Shown: positions 1 to 10,540, counted from the stretch's first letter. The stretch: 23,003 bases of DNA from Oligoflexia bacterium (GCA_043732485.1 JAYTHP010000231.1:1-23003), one strand, 5' to 3'. The notes: a model not told the origin generated them from the letters alone. Numbers and translations are program-made.

Positions 1-46
1 CCCCGACTCACTCCCCAACTCACTCCCCAACTCACTCCCCCCCCCC
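1..46. repeat. 12-bp tandem repeat (CCCCAACTCACT) x3 followed by a C10 run
   Basis: 1-12 ccccgactcact, 13-24 and 25-36 ccccaactcact, 37-46 C10. Encodes GGG-SELG-SELG-SESG on minus and may continue beyond the window. Confidence 0.9.
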
Positions 47-477
47 GGCAACGCCTGTAACTCATCCGTGTGGCCGCCACCTCGCCCGGCACCGACCACT
101 ACCAGCAAGGCTGGCGCCTCAGTCTGAGGCTTGGCAAACTCCGGCTCCTCGCCAATGTCAAATCTGCCATCAAATTCGCCGCTGAATTCGAATTCCGACC
201 CATCGTCAGACATTGACCCGAAACCACAAAAACAACTCCTGACTGCCCTGCGCCCCCCAGCGGCAAAAGCTTGCTCCTCAACATTCAAGCCACCCGCGCT
301 GGCACCAGCCCCTCCTATGACCACGGTGAAGGCGGAGTAGGAGCAGCCGACGGCGACGACGACGACGACACGCGCTAATCCTCGATGACGCCCCTGCTGC
401 CTGTTGCTCCCTCCACCTCCACAAAGCCGAGAGGCAAGCCTGCACAGCTCCATCCAACGATTCCAAACCTGTTTCAT
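1..477 (-). CDS. Hypothetical, probably exported or membrane-anchored protein; 5' part only, runs off the left edge
   Basis: Absent from the ORF track because there is no stop in the window. Manual translation from ATG 477 is open for 159 codons: MKQVWNRWMELC...RHRGLARVVVVVVAVGCSYSAFTVVIGGAGASAGG...PGGGSELGSELGSESG. A basic-then-hydrophobic segment resembles a signal or anchor. A sigma70-like promoter lies directly upstream. Confidence 0.6.
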   Translation of the reverse strand, partial: MKQVWNRWMELCRLASRLCGGGGSNRQQGRHRGLARVVVVVAVGCSYSAFTVVIGGAGASAGGLNVEEQAFAAGGRRAVRSCFCGFGSMSDDGSEFEFSGEFDGRFDIGEEPEFAKPQTEAPALLVVVGAGRGGGHTDELQALPGGGSELGSELGSESG

Positions 478-486
478 AATGTCATT

Positions 487-515
487 AGCCTACACGGCAC
501 TCTCTAGGAGATCAA
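487..515 (-). promoter_or_regulatory. Putative sigma70-type promoter of the left-edge gene
   Basis: Minus strand TTGATC (515-510), 17 bp spacer, TAGGCT (492-487). The ATG at 477 is 9 nt past the -10 and has no SD. Confidence 0.5.
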
Positions 516-902
516 GGGCTCTACCTTCACAAAGAAAAAGAACCCTAGGCAGCGCCACAATAAGTCGTTTTCCCGCCTCACCGCTCGCGCCAGAGTCCCT
601 TTTTTCCCCCACCTCAGCCCACAAGCCCCCGTTCCCAAGCCAACCCCCCTCTAAGCCGCAAAGAAGAGTGCCACGATAAGAATTGAGTGGAAAAAGAATG
701 GCGTGATCGCCGTCAGCAAAGGGTAAAAAACCCCAGGGTTGCAGGCTAGGGAGCAACCAAAGCCTATCCTAAAGACTTGCGGAACACTCCGCATCTTAGA
801 CTTCTCGTTGACCCCTCATTGACCCGGCACTCACGCCGCGCTGATAAGCAGGGCCCCTTTGGTTAAGGCTGAAGTGTCGCTAACTGTGAAGCTCGATGTA
901 GC

Positions 903-2105
903 TTAAGTATGATGATGGAAGACCGACTCAGCCAGCCTGGGATCGCCGATGGCGACAATATTATGCCTACCTAAGAAGCGAAACACCACGAGACCAAAGA
1001 GACCGATAAAACCCAGCGTGATGCCTAACTCAAGCAAACCAAACACCGGCCCTTCCACGTAAAACTCAGGCTGGATCATCCACAAAACGTCAATCCACTG
1101 GGCCACCAACATAAAGCTTGCCACAAACGCCAACATCCCGGTGTGACGCTTGGCGCCTTGCGGCATTAAGAGCATAAAAGGCACTAAAAACTTACCAAAC
1201 ACCAAAAACCGCGAGACCCAGATCCACTGATGATCAAAGCGTTTAATAAAATAGATCGTCTCTTCAGGCAAATTGGCATACCAAATCAGCATGAACTGAG
1301 AAAAGGCAATGTAAGCCCAGAACACCGTGAAAGCAAACATGAATTTACCCATATCATGAAAGTGCTCCTGATTGACAAGCCCGTCTAACTTGCCTTGGCT
1401 CTTTAAATACACCGCAAGCAAACAGGTCGCAGCCAGCACCGAGTAAAATAATCCAGAGAAGCAATAAACCCCAAAAATGGTACTAAACCAGGTAGGATCG
1501 AGCGACATCAGCTGATCAAAACTCGCCATTGTGAAACTGAGTGCAAAAACAATCAGAAAAATCGGCGACCAAAAGCGGTTCTTCAGCGTCCAAGTCAACT
1601 CCCCACCGACGTCTTGCTTGAGTGAGTTACCTACCAACTTGAAACTCAGCCAAACCCACAGCGCAATGGCAATCACATTGCGAACGAGAAAAAAATGAGA
1701 ATTCAGATACCCAGACTTACCTTCCAAGACCGGATGACCCAAGACATTCTCAGGATGGCTCCACAAGTAAAGCACGGGGATGCCCGAGCACAGAATTAAA
1801 AAGGTGATCAACACCCAAGGCAAGTAGGCGGTAAACGCCTCACTTAGTCGGCGTACCGGAGCACTCCACATCGCCCCTGTGACCCATTGAATGGCTGCAA
1901 AAAAAGCGCCGCCGAGACTTAAGCTCATGAAGTAAAAGTGATTGTGCAAAAAACTAATGTACATCCTGGCTGGATCCTTGCTCAAGCCCCAGGCAAACGC
2001 CGCCACACCGCACGCGAGAAAGGCCACAAGCAGGGCCTGCAACCGCGCAGGTAACACGAACGATCCAGGATTCTGAATCTGAACTTTGGAAGAAGAATGG
2101 ACCAT
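903..2105 (-). CDS. actF: Alternative complex III membrane subunit ActF
   Basis: Polytopic membrane protein with WSAPVRRLSEA, DQLMSLDPTWFSTIFG, HFHDMGKFMFAF and SQFMLIWYANLPEET motifs. Last gene of the act operon. Confidence 0.93.
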   Translation of the reverse strand: MVHSSSKVQIQNPGSFVLPARLQALLVAFLACGVAAFAWGLSKDPARMYISFLHNHFYFMSLSLGGAFFAAIQWVTGAMWSAPVRRLSEAFTAYLPWVLITFLILCSGIPVLYLWSHPENVLGHPVLEGKSGYLNSHFFLVRNVIAIALWVWLSFKLVGNSLKQDVGGELTWTLKNRFWSPIFLIVFALSFTMASFDQLMSLDPTWFSTIFGVYCFSGLFYSVLAATCLLAVYLKSQGKLDGLVNQEHFHDMGKFMFAFTVFWAYIAFSQFMLIWYANLPEETIYFIKRFDHQWIWVSRFLVFGKFLVPFMLLMPQGAKRHTGMLAFVASFMLVAQWIDVLWMIQPEFYVEGPVFGLLELGITLGFIGLFGLVVFRFLGRHNIVAIGDPRLAESVFHHHT

Positions 2106-2106
2106 G

Positions 2107-2718
2107 TTATTGCGACTCCTGATCTAATAGTTGTAAATCTTCTGGTAAGGGGTTTTGCGAGCGCTGTAACACCCGAACGTAGTGAATCACTGACCAGCGA
2201 TCCCCTGGATCAATTTGTGAAGCGTAACTCGACATCAAGCCCTGCCCCATCGTGATCACGTGAAAAATGCGACCATCGGGCCATTGATGCAGCTTCTCTG
2301 AGTGCAGCGACGGCGGCATCGGGAATTTCGGGACGATATAGCCGTTACCCTTACCCTCAGGCCCATGACAGACGATACAAAAACTGTTAAAAATGTGCTG
2401 ACCACGCTTCAAGACCGCACGCGTCGGACGCAAGGGGTTTTTCAGCTCTAACCCCGCCGCGTCAGGATCTTGGGCATAAGCATAGGGCTGATATCCTCTG
2501 GGGACGGTGCCTGCCACCGGCGAGCGGGTGTTGCCCAATTGCTGCGGCTTTAAGGCCGGCCCATAGGTCATATCCGGCATGTAAGTGATATTAGGCTGCT
2601 CGTGACGACATCCCGCCGCCAGTAGGCAAGCGACCAACAAGGCCGATTTGTAAAAACGTCGCGCTCTTAAAGGCGCCGGGACCTTCCCGGCACAGTCTTT
2701 CCAGTCAAAACATCTCAT
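2107..2718 (-). CDS. actE: Alternative complex III monoheme cytochrome c lipoprotein ActE
   Basis: Lipobox-like LLAAGC, YMPDM, PVAGTVPRG, one CIVCH heme motif, DGRIFHVITMGQGLMSSY. Start placed at ATG 2718 because of the ATGA overlap with the actD stop; 2727 is the alternative. Confidence 0.92.
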   Translation of the reverse strand: MRCFDWKDCAGKVPAPLRARRFYKSALLVACLLAAGCRHEQPNITYMPDMTYGPALKPQQLGNTRSPVAGTVPRGYQPYAYAQDPDAAGLELKNPLRPTRAVLKRGQHIFNSFCIVCHGPEGKGNGYIVPKFPMPPSLHSEKLHQWPDGRIFHVITMGQGLMSSYASQIDPGDRWSVIHYVRVLQRSQNPLPEDLQLLDQESQ

Positions 2719-3341
2719 GAAAACCATCCCTCAGTCTGAGTCGTTCGCACTTCAAGCGCCCCCAAGCTCTTTAAGAATCCTAAGACTTCCTCTTCGCGCC
2801 CGGTCAATGCATGAATCACTAAGGCGAAGCGATCTTGCGTCAGCCTGGGATCAAGCGCCTTTTGGCCAAGATTCGGTAGACCGTTTAAGAAAAACATCGC
2901 ACCCACCGTGGTGAGCCCCGCAAACAAAATCGTCAATTCGAAGGTCACCGGAACAAAGGCCTCCCACGAGTTCAGCGGCTTGCCACCGGTGTTAATCGGC
3001 CAATCCACTACTGAGGTCCAGTACTGCAACAAAAAGCCTAAACTACCCCCGGTCAATCCGGCAGCAAACGTCACGTAAGGAAGGATCGAGCGCGGGAGCT
3101 TTTGGACCTGATCCATGCCGTGCACCGGATAAGGCGAGTAGGTCTCAAACGAGCAAAACCCCGGTGCGCCTTCCGCTTTTTTCGCCGCCTCTAACAGTTG
3201 GCCTGCTTCCTGAAAAAAACCGATAAAGCCTGTCGTCGGAGGGGTAGCCGCCGCGCCGTCGCTTTCTCCCTCAAAAGACGTTAAGGGAGACTGACCGCCA
3301 CTTTTTGTATTCATTGCCGCACTGTTCTCGGGACTACTCAT
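2715..3341 (-). CDS. actD: Alternative complex III subunit ActD (DUF3341)
   Basis: [20 protein letters not shown] and [14 protein letters not shown] motifs, two TM helices, located between actC and actE. Confidence 0.93.
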   Translation of the reverse strand: MSSPENSAAMNTKSGGQSPLTSFEGESDGAAATPPTTGFIGFFQEAGQLLEAAKKAEGAPGFCSFETYSPYPVHGMDQVQKLPRSILPYVTFAAGLTGGSLGFLLQYWTSVVDWPINTGGKPLNSWEAFVPVTFELTILFAGLTTVGAMFFLNGLPNLGQKALDPRLTQDRFALVIHALTGREEEVLGFLKSLGALEVRTTQTEGWFS

Positions 3342-4707
3342 GAGCTTGCTCCTGGGCTAAGACCGCTTTTACTTCAGACATGGCGATGGTGGGAAAAAAT
3401 CTCACAAACAGTAAGAACAAGAAGAAAAACAACCCAAAGGTTCCAAACGTCCAAGCCCAATCAAACCAAGTCGGGATATAGTACTTCCAGTTGGACGGGA
3501 TGAAATCACGGTGCAACGACGTCACAATAATCACGTAACGCTCAAACCACATCCCAACATTCACAAACAGCGAGATCACAAACATAATCGGGATACTGCG
3601 CCGCGCCCAGCGAAACCAGAAAATCTGAGGAATGATGACATTGCAACCCGCCATCGTCCAATACGCCCACCAATAAGGACCAAACGCCCGGTTAATGAAA
3701 GCAAAGCGCTCAAAGGGACTACCACTGTACCAGGCGATGAAAAATTCGCAAGAATAGGCATAACCCACGATCATCCCCGTGGTCATGATCACTTTATTGA
3801 TCTTCTCCAAGTGGTCCATGGTAATATAATCTTTAAAGTTAAACATTTCCCGCATGATCACCATCAAAGTCACCACCATAGCAAAACCTGAGAAAATCGC
3901 CCCTGCCACAAAATAAGGCGGGAAAATCGTGGTGTGCCAGCCTGGGACCAAGGAAGTAGCAAAATCGAACGACACAATGGTGTGCACCGATAAGACGAGC
4001 GGCGTGGAAAGCCCTGCCAAGATCAAGTAAGTCATCTCATAATGCTGCCAATTGCGGTTGGAACCTCTCCAGCCCAGCGATAGCAAGGTATAAACCAGTT
4101 TGCGGATCTTGTTTTTTGCCCGGTCCCTGACCGTAGCAAAGTCGGGAATGAGGCCGACGTACCAGAAGGTTAACGAAATTGTAAAATAAGTACTGACCGC
4201 AAACACGTCCCACAAAAGGGGAGAGCGAAAGTTCACCCATAGGTGGCGTTGGTTGGGATAAGGAAAAAGATAAAAAACCGCGTACCAGGGCCTACCGGTG
4301 TGCAGCAACGGAAAGGTCAGCGCAGAAATCACCGCAAAAATGGTCATCGCCTCAGCCGCGCGGTTGATCGCCGTACGCCATTTTTGTCGAAACAAAAACA
4401 ATACCGCAGAAATCAACGTTCCAGCGTGCCCGATGCCCACCCAAAAGACGAAGTTCGTGATGTCCGTCCCCCAACCGCTCGGTTGGTTGATCCCTAAGAT
4501 GCCTTGTCCTTTCACCACGAGAATCGTGACAGTCACCAGCCAAATGGCTAACGCCACTAGCGAAGCGCCAAAGCAAATCCACCACCTGCGCATCGGAAAA
4601 CTCTCCAGCGGGCGACACACATCATCGTCCACGTCTTGAATCGTCTTCCCCCCCGTGACCAGCAGTTCCGGCAAAAACACCGTCGAAGCCTTATTAGCTG
4701 TGTCCAT
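3334..4707 (-). CDS. actC: Alternative complex III quinol-binding subunit ActC (NrfD/PsrC family)
   Basis: [68 protein letters not shown]. Start chosen at ATG 4707, with GAAGGAG upstream and an overlap with the actB end; the track starts it at 4734. Confidence 0.96.
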   Translation of the reverse strand: MDTANKASTVFLPELLVTGGKTIQDVDDDVCRPLESFPMRRWWICFGASLVALAIWLVTVTILVVKGQGILGINQPSGWGTDITNFVFWVGIGHAGTLISAVLFLFRQKWRTAINRAAEAMTIFAVISALTFPLLHTGRPWYAVFYLFPYPNQRHLWVNFRSPLLWDVFAVSTYFTISLTFWYVGLIPDFATVRDRAKNKIRKLVYTLLSLGWRGSNRNWQHYEMTYLILAGLSTPLVLSVHTIVSFDFATSLVPGWHTTIFPPYFVAGAIFSGFAMVVTLMVIMREMFNFKDYITMDHLEKINKVIMTTGMIVGYAYSCEFFIAWYSGSPFERFAFINRAFGPYWWAYWTMAGCNVIIPQIFWFRWARRSIPIMFVISLFVNVGMWFERYVIIVTSLHRDFIPSNWKYYIPTWFDWAWTFGTFGLFFFLFLLFVRFFPTIAMSEVKAVLAQEQAHE

Positions 4708-7700
4708 GCGTTGCTTTCTCTCCTTCGCGACCACCCTCCGCAGGCGGTTGATTGCGGACTTTCGTTAAATAGGAAATGGCAGGCTGGGTATTTAAAACCT
4801 CTAAAACCTTGAAAGCACGAGGATTTTTTGCCAACTGCGCCACTGAACTGGTGGGATTATTCAAATCCCCAAACACCAGGGCTTCGGTCGGACAGGTCTG
4901 CTGACAGGCCACCTGAAAATCACCGTCTCCGACCCGTTCACCGGCCTCTTTGGCATGATCCTTAGCATCCCGAATGCGTTGCACACAAAACGTGCACTTT
5001 TCCATAATGCCGCGCGAGCGCACCGTGACATCGGGATTCCAAGCCATGTTCAAAGTGCCTTCGTAGGACTTCCAGTAATCAAAGAAGTTGAATTTCCTGA
5101 CCTTATAAGGACAATTGTTCTGACAATACCGGGTGCCCACGCAACGATTGTAGATCTGCACATTAAGACCTTCATCATTATGCACCGTCGCAAGCACCGG
5201 ACAAACCGTCTCACAAGGTGCATTCTCACAGTGCTGGCACAACATCGGCTGAAACACCACATTCGGTTGCTCAGCAGGCCCGGAATAGTAACGATCAATC
5301 CGGATCCAGTGCATCACCCGGCTCACGCGCACCTGGTTTCGACCCACCACCGCAATGTTATTTTCCGCCTGACAAGCAATCATACAAGCCCCGCAACCGG
5401 TGCAAGCATTTAAGTCAATGGCCATCCCCCAACGGTAACTCTTGTACTCGTACTTGGGCCACAGCGAGGGAACCTCCTCTAGCCGCAAATGCGGATCCAC
5501 CTCACACGTCGCGTGCGGATCTTTTTGATACTCACTTAAGGTGATGTCGTTAATAATCGGGCGGTTCTCAGTCGAGGTGTGCCACTGGGTCGCAGCCAAC
5601 TGATAAAAGCGCCCGGTCTTGCGCAACTGCACTTTCAAGCCCGCAAAAATCGACCGCTGATTCTCAATCTCCACTAAGGGAAAAACATCCACACCCGCGC
5701 CATTACCGACTTTACCCACCGAGCGACGACCATAACCCACCGCCACACTGACCACCTGGGCATGCATCCCCGGCTGCACATGCACCGGTAGCTCTAAGCG
5801 CAAGGCACCTGAGGCTGAAGTGATTTCCACCACATCGTCCTGCTTCAGCCTCAAGCTCTCAGCGAGACTCGGACTCACGTTCAAAAAATTATCCCACGTC
5901 ACCGACGAGATAGGATCGGGAAACTCTTGCAACCAAGCGTTATTGGCGCTTCTCCCGTCTTGCATCCCCGGGCGCTCGTACAAAACTAAATCAATGCCTG
6001 ACGCGCGCTTGGCAGGATGCCTTGCAAAATAAGCCACCGAGCGAGGAATCCAGGTACGAGCGAGGCCTGGCTGATGCTCAACGTCTGCCCCCTTTTTCTT
6101 CGCTTTCCCTTGCCCAGCTCTCGCTTCTTTTTCAAGCGTCGGCTCAAGCTCGACCACCCCTGAGCGCAAAGCTGACTCCCAGAACAACTCAAAGCTGCCA
6201 ATCGAGTGCACCTGCGGGTAAATCGACTCCGACCAATGCCCCTGTAAGTAAGCATGCCAGTCCTCTGCTTTGGCAAGCAAACTGTCCGACTCAGGACCCA
6301 GGGCCTTACCCCAGGCCAATAAATTCTCAGACATCGCCCGCGTGCCATGCAGCGGTTCAATGGTCGGCTGTTGCAAACTAAAAAGCGCCTTTTGTGGATG
6401 CGCGTCGCCCCAGCTTTCTAAGAAATGACTCTCAGGCAAGACCCAATCCGCAAACAGCGCCGTCTCATCGATGCGGTCCGCCACTGCCACCACAAACGGC
6501 ACTTTCTTTAAAGCGCTTGCAAACGCTGCGCGCGGCGCCACGTAATCAGGATTGCTGCGGTGAAGGATCAAGACCTCCACTTTGCCAGCTTCCATCTCAG
6601 CCACAAGATTCAAAAACTCAGACATCTGGCTGCGATGCTGGGAGATTTGTGACTTACCGTCAATTGTCTGCCCCTCATTGCCCAGCAACGTGTTGAGACA
6701 ATTAATCGCCACTTGCAAGGCCAACTGATTCTTATTCTTGGTGTGCACCGCGCCACCAATCACCAAGCTCTTGCCACGCATCGTAAGCAACTCACGGGCC
6801 AGTTCGCGTAAAATCTCTTCCGCGCCACTCCACTCCAACTCGCGCGCCACTTCAGGCAGGCTATAACCCCGCACCGAATCCAGCAGCTCGCGGTCACGGG
6901 CCCCGGCTAAGTCCGGCCCCCCGGTGCGCAACACTTCCGCAATGAGCCCTAAAACCAAGGTCAACTCATCGCCAGGACGCACCCCGTAACGCTGGTCGGC
7001 ATTGGCGCCGGTCACAGTCATGGTGGTTTCAAAACACACCATTTTTGACAGCACGGGCGGCGACGCGGCCGCACTCCCCTTGCCCACTTGGCCTTCTGGC
7101 GCTTTTGCTGCCTGAAACTTGCGGTTACGCGACCAAGCTCGGGCATGCTCAAGCGGCGACAGACCATTTTCTAAGAAATCAGAGCCTAAGGAAACAATGA
7201 GGTGGGCCTTTTCAAAACGATAGTGAGGGTAGACCGCATGGCCATAGGAAATCTCCTGGGCATCCATCACCTCTTCTAACTCCAACGCCTCAAACACCAC
7301 ATGCTTGCCGTCTTTAAAAAGACGCAAGAACTCTCGCACCATCCGCAAACTTGACTCACCAGAAACTAAGCCTGAGAGCAAACGTACCCGGCCACCCCGC
7401 GCTCGCGCCGCCTGCAAATGACTCAAAACCGCAGCGTCGGCGTCTTCCCAGGAAGCAACCTGCCGGATCTGCGTGCTACGATTCATCGTCATCGGTGTCG
7501 TTAACCGATCGGGATCATAAAGATTCAAGAGCGAGGCCTGACCACTCGTGCACAAGGACCCCTGATTGATAGGATGCTCGGGATTGCCTTCCAGCTTAAT
7601 CGGCCGACTCTCGCGGGTCTTCACGAGCAAGCCACAACCTACTGAGCACTCTTGACAAGTCGAGCTGTACCAGCTGGGAACCCCCAGCACCGTTTCTTGC

Positions 7701-8050
7701 GGCTGAATAATATAAGGAATGATCTTGTGCACCGGGCGCCTGACGCATGAGGCACCGGCCATCGCCATACTCGCACCCATGACGGTGAGAAAATCGCGCC
7801 GCGCCATGCCGGCGGCGTCTCCCCCCGCTGCCGACTCCAGCTTGTCGAGCCATTCTACCGGCTTTTCATAAAACTCTTGACCGCGCTTTTCTAAAATCGC
7901 GGGATCTTTCCAATAGTTTTCATTCAGCTCTTCTGGGCCCACCCAGTGGCGCGGGGACTGAAACTGCGCTTTGTCCCCCCCCCCAGTATGCTGATCCTGC
8001 GGATGGTTACTTGGCAACGACGACGACAAACTAAGATCTTGATTCTCCAT
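4694..8050 (-). CDS. actB: Alternative complex III subunit ActB (molybdopterin-oxidoreductase-like domain plus Fe-S domain, Tat-variant signal)
   Basis: Internal RRDFL Tat motif followed by [29 protein letters not shown]-terminal [35 protein letters not shown] and CTFC...CQQTC Fe-S motifs. Confidence 0.96.
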   Translation of the reverse strand: MENQDLSLSSSLPSNHPQDQHTGGGDKAQFQSPRHWVGPEELNENYWKDPAILEKRGQEFYEKPVEWLDKLESAAGGDAAGMARRDFLTVMGASMAMAGASCVRRPVHKIIPYIIQPQETVLGVPSWYSSTCQECSVGCGLLVKTRESRPIKLEGNPEHPINQGSLCTSGQASLLNLYDPDRLTTPMTMNRSTQIRQVASWEDADAAVLSHLQAARARGGRVRLLSGLVSGESSLRMVREFLRLFKDGKHVVFEALELEEVMDAQEISYGHAVYPHYRFEKAHLIVSLGSDFLENGLSPLEHARAWSRNRKFQAAKAPEGQVGKGSAAASPPVLSKMVCFETTMTVTGANADQRYGVRPGDELTLVLGLIAEVLRTGGPDLAGARDRELLDSVRGYSLPEVARELEWSGAEEILRELARELLTMRGKSLVIGGAVHTKNKNQLALQVAINCLNTLLGNEGQTIDGKSQISQHRSQMSEFLNLVAEMEAGKVEVLILHRSNPDYVAPRAAFASALKKVPFVVAVADRIDETALFADWVLPESHFLESWGDAHPQKALFSLQQPTIEPLHGTRAMSENLLAWGKALGPESDSLLAKAEDWHAYLQGHWSESIYPQVHSIGSFELFWESALRSGVVELEPTLEKEARAGQGKAKKKGADVEHQPGLARTWIPRSVAYFARHPAKRASGIDLVLYERPGMQDGRSANNAWLQEFPDPISSVTWDNFLNVSPSLAESLRLKQDDVVEITSASGALRLELPVHVQPGMHAQVVSVAVGYGRRSVGKVGNGAGVDVFPLVEIENQRSIFAGLKVQLRKTGRFYQLAATQWHTSTENRPIINDITLSEYQKDPHATCEVDPHLRLEEVPSLWPKYEYKSYRWGMAIDLNACTGCGACMIACQAENNIAVVGRNQVRVSRVMHWIRIDRYYSGPAEQPNVVFQPMLCQHCENAPCETVCPVLATVHNDEGLNVQIYNRCVGTRYCQNNCPYKVRKFNFFDYWKSYEGTLNMAWNPDVTVRSRGIMEKCTFCVQRIRDAKDHAKEAGERVGDGDFQVACQQTCPTEALVFGDLNNPTSSVAQLAKNPRAFKVLEVLNTQPAISYLTKVRNQPPAEGGREGEKATHGHS

Positions 8051-8078
8051 GAGACTCTACCTTCTATCCCCTCATTGA

Positions 8079-8669
8079 TTATTTATGACACGTATTACAT
8101 TGCACCGGAGCAACCGGACCTTGAGGGTGCTTCATTTTCGGATAAGTCTTTGCCAGAATCGCATGCGGAGCGGTTTGCCCGCGATGGCACTCCATACACC
8201 AACCCATCGTCAGCGACGACTTTTGCTCAATACGCTCCATCGCCTCCACGTTACCATGACACACTTGGCAGGCAATACCTTTGGCCACATGATTTTTATG
8301 CGGAAAATACGCATGATCGGCAAGCTCGTGCACGCGAATCCACTCAATCGGCTTACCCTCATCGTAAGCCTTCTTGACTTGTTGGATGTACGGACTTTTC
8401 ACCTGGACGACCTTATGACAGTTCATACAAATGCCGAGCGATGGCACGGTGGAATGTTTTGATTTTTCTGCGCTGGAGTGGCAGTAAAGACAAGGAATCT
8501 TGTTTTCCCCAGAGTGCAATTTGTGACTAAAAGGGATCGGCTGCACCGGCGCGTAGCCAATGTTGGAGGCGATAGGGTAGGAGAAACCTACGAAAAGGAC
8601 AGAGAAAGCAACAACGATCGCTCCAAGAGTAAGTCCTACTTTTATCTTTGTTCCGGATGTTCGGATCAT
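8079..8669 (-). CDS. actA: Alternative complex III pentaheme cytochrome c ActA
   Basis: N-terminal TM helix, GYAPVQPIPFSHKLH, five CXXCH motifs (CLYCH, CMNCH, CQVCH, CMECH, CNTCH) and LTMGWC. Confidence 0.95.
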   Translation of the reverse strand: MIRTSGTKIKVGLTLGAIVVAFSVLFVGFSYPIASNIGYAPVQPIPFSHKLHSGENKIPCLYCHSSAEKSKHSTVPSLGICMNCHKVVQVKSPYIQQVKKAYDEGKPIEWIRVHELADHAYFPHKNHVAKGIACQVCHGNVEAMERIEQKSSLTMGWCMECHRGQTAPHAILAKTYPKMKHPQGPVAPVQCNTCHK

Positions 8670-8706
8670 AGTTTGCCCACTTTTTTTTTGAATCTCTCTT
8701 GTCTTT

Positions 8707-8746
8707 AAGCCTAAGAAAGCCTAGAAAACCTTAAAAGACTTTAGAC
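8707..8746. repeat. Four degenerate 10-bp tandem repeats upstream of actA
   Basis: aagcctaaga / aagcctagaa / aaccttaaaa / gactttagac, contiguous. Confidence 0.5.
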
Positions 8747-8967
8747 CTTTTGACCTGAGTCTGACACTGACCCTCCCCCACCCCCCAAACACAGGGTAGA
8801 AGCCTTACTGCCTGGGGCTTGTGATCAATGGAAGACTAGAAACTTTAAACCTAAGAGAGAATGCTGGGTTGCATTTTTTATCGATGGTGTTTGAAGGTCT
8901 CTCTTATGTTACTCAAAACAAGCCCAATTTGCATCTTTTTTCTGGACTCGGCGCGACAATTTTTCGT

Positions 8968-8983
8968 AAAAAGTGTACTTTTT
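8968..8983. promoter_or_regulatory. 7-2-7 inverted repeat, possible operator upstream of the act operon
   Basis: AAAAAGT-GT-ACTTTTT. It overlaps a minus-strand TACACT -10-like hexamer. Confidence 0.3.
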
Positions 8984-9084
8984 TCCACGCCTTTGTGAGG
9001 CCAAGGTGCTCTCTTCACCCAGCCGACCGTCAAGATCCTAACACCTCGCAGCCGTTGCCAGTCTCCAGGGCTTGCGGGGGGAAA

Positions 9085-9110
9085 CAAAAGGAGACTCTTT
9101 TGGTTTTTTT
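9085..9110. terminator. Weak hairpin with T-tail, possible terminator
   Basis: CAAAAG-gagact-CTTTTG then G and T7 on plus, followed by TTT on minus. About 150 bp downstream of the PP2C-like gene. The stem is AT-rich. Confidence 0.25.
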
Positions 9111-9250
9111 GATGGGTTTTTTTATGGGTGCCTCAGGATCACTCTCACCACCAGCAGTAGCCTGGGGGCGCTCCCGCGCAGTGATTTTTGACTGAGCGCT
9201 AGAGCTGGCAGCAAGCAGACGCGCTTTGCTTCACTGAGCTTACGGGGTAC

Positions 9251-10540
9251 TTAAAACGGGAGGTCGACCACCACCGCGGTGCAATCACGTGCCGGCAGCT
9301 CATCTGCGGGCAAGGGAGATTTCACTAGGAAAATCAGCTCATTGAGCAGGTGCGCGGGCTGGCGGTTGCGCCATTTCTCCATCCACTCTAACCGGTCAAG
9401 CTCATGACCGAGCGGCACTAAAAAGCCCGCTGAGAGAATTACCAGTCGGCTGCCTTTTTTCAGCACGAGCAGGCTTTCTTGCAGCTCACCGAATTGCAGG
9501 GGCTGAGATACAGCCGGCGCGTGCTGGATCAGCTTGACGAAGCGCGAGCCCGGCTCCGCGTAAAACAACTCGGCTGACCCGAGATTCAGGAAACTTAGGG
9601 TCTGGGTTTCCCGCGTCAGATGACCCACCAGTAACGAGACGCAATCGGGCTGCTTGAGCGACGCACTGAGTAATTCTGAGACTTTCTTGACAAGTTCAAC
9701 CACGCTACCGGATTGCGCCATTTTGCGCGCCGTCAGTTGCCCGGAAACCTTGAGAAAAGCCTCCAAAACACGACTAGAAAGACCATAGCTTGAGGCGTTG
9801 GACATCAATAAAGAGAGCGTCTTACGGTCACTCGACTCCGCTAAGTCAAAATAATCGCCCCCCGACTTTAACCCCGCTAAGTAACGATAATCAATTCGAA
9901 AATCTGGGATATCAGCAAAGCGATTTTGCAATTGGCTGGCTTGCAGCTTTTCAATCACCATCAGGTCTTCTTGCAGGCGGTGGATTAACTTGGCCATCGT
10001 GGCGTTGGCCGTTTGCACTTCGTCCCACAAGCGCAGCCGCTCGAAGCTTTGCAGTTTGGCGAGCACTTCTAATTTGCGAAACGGATCGCTTAAGACTTGA
10101 TCAAAAGAAATCCCGAAACGGGCAAAAACCGCGGCGTAAGGCTTTGCTTCAGACAGCACCCAGAGCACCACCGCTTGGGGGCTGATTACACTTTGCGCCA
10201 GTAACTCGCGGGCTTGCGCCGAGTGTCCATCCACCAGCACCACTTCCCACACGGAAGCGGCACTGCTGAGCAGTGTGGGTGTGGCATCGGACTCCCCGTT
10301 TGCTGGACTGAGGGCAGCCGTAGGCCTGAGCAAGGAAGCGCCCCGACTGATGGGTGCCTGAAGCTCGATGGCAAAATCAAAGACTTGCTCGGGAGTGGCA
10401 GGCGGGGTGAGCGACGTTGGCGGTAGCGTGCTTTGCGGGAGGGGTGGCTGTAAAAAGCCCAAAGCCCGCAGTTGCGCCTCCCACGTTTCGGTGGTTTGCG
10501 GATCACTGGCGAGTAAGGTGAGTCGGATGGTTTTTTTCAT
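9251..10540 (-). CDS. PP2C/SpoIIE (RsbU-like) domain protein with degenerate receiver-like N-terminus; probable pseudophosphatase
   Basis: Coiled coil then SGGDYFD, MSNASSYG, LSFLNLG, LVILSAGF and RDCTAVVV in SpoIIE order. ATGA overlap with the upstream gene. Confidence 0.8.
   Translation of the reverse strand: MKKTIRLTLLASDPQTTETWEAQLRALGFLQPPLPQSTLPPTSLTPPATPEQVFDFAIELQAPISRGASLLRPTAALSPANGESDATPTLLSSAASVWEVVLVDGHSAQARELLAQSVISPQAVVLWVLSEAKPYAAVFARFGISFDQVLSDPFRKLEVLAKLQSFERLRLWDEVQTANATMAKLIHRLQEDLMVIEKLQASQLQNRFADIPDFRIDYRYLAGLKSGGDYFDLAESSDRKTLSLLMSNASSYGLSSRVLEAFLKVSGQLTARKMAQSGSVVELVKKVSELLSASLKQPDCVSLLVGHLTRETQTLSFLNLGSAELFYAEPGSRFVKLIQHAPAVSQPLQFGELQESLLVLKKGSRLVILSAGFLVPLGHELDRLEWMEKWRNRQPAHLLNELIFLVKSPLPADELPARDCTAVVVDLPF

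Noticed and set aside
658..673. Sigma54-like TGGCAC...TTGC on the minus strand
   Set aside because: The GG-to-GC spacing is 11 nt rather than the required 10.
700..800. Several small hairpins after actF (GGCG/CGCC, GGTTGC/GCAACC, TGCGGA/TCCGCA) as a c-di-GMP riboswitch or terminator
   Set aside because: No GEMM core (GAAA tetraloop with receptor) and no strong stem directly followed by a U-tract.
3511..8708. Multiple plus-strand and alternate-frame ORFs over the act operon
   Set aside because: They are shadows of well-supported genes and carry no motifs.
8821..9195. 124-aa plus-strand ORF upstream of actA
   Set aside because: No recognisable domain or SD, and it runs through T-tracts and probable regulatory DNA.
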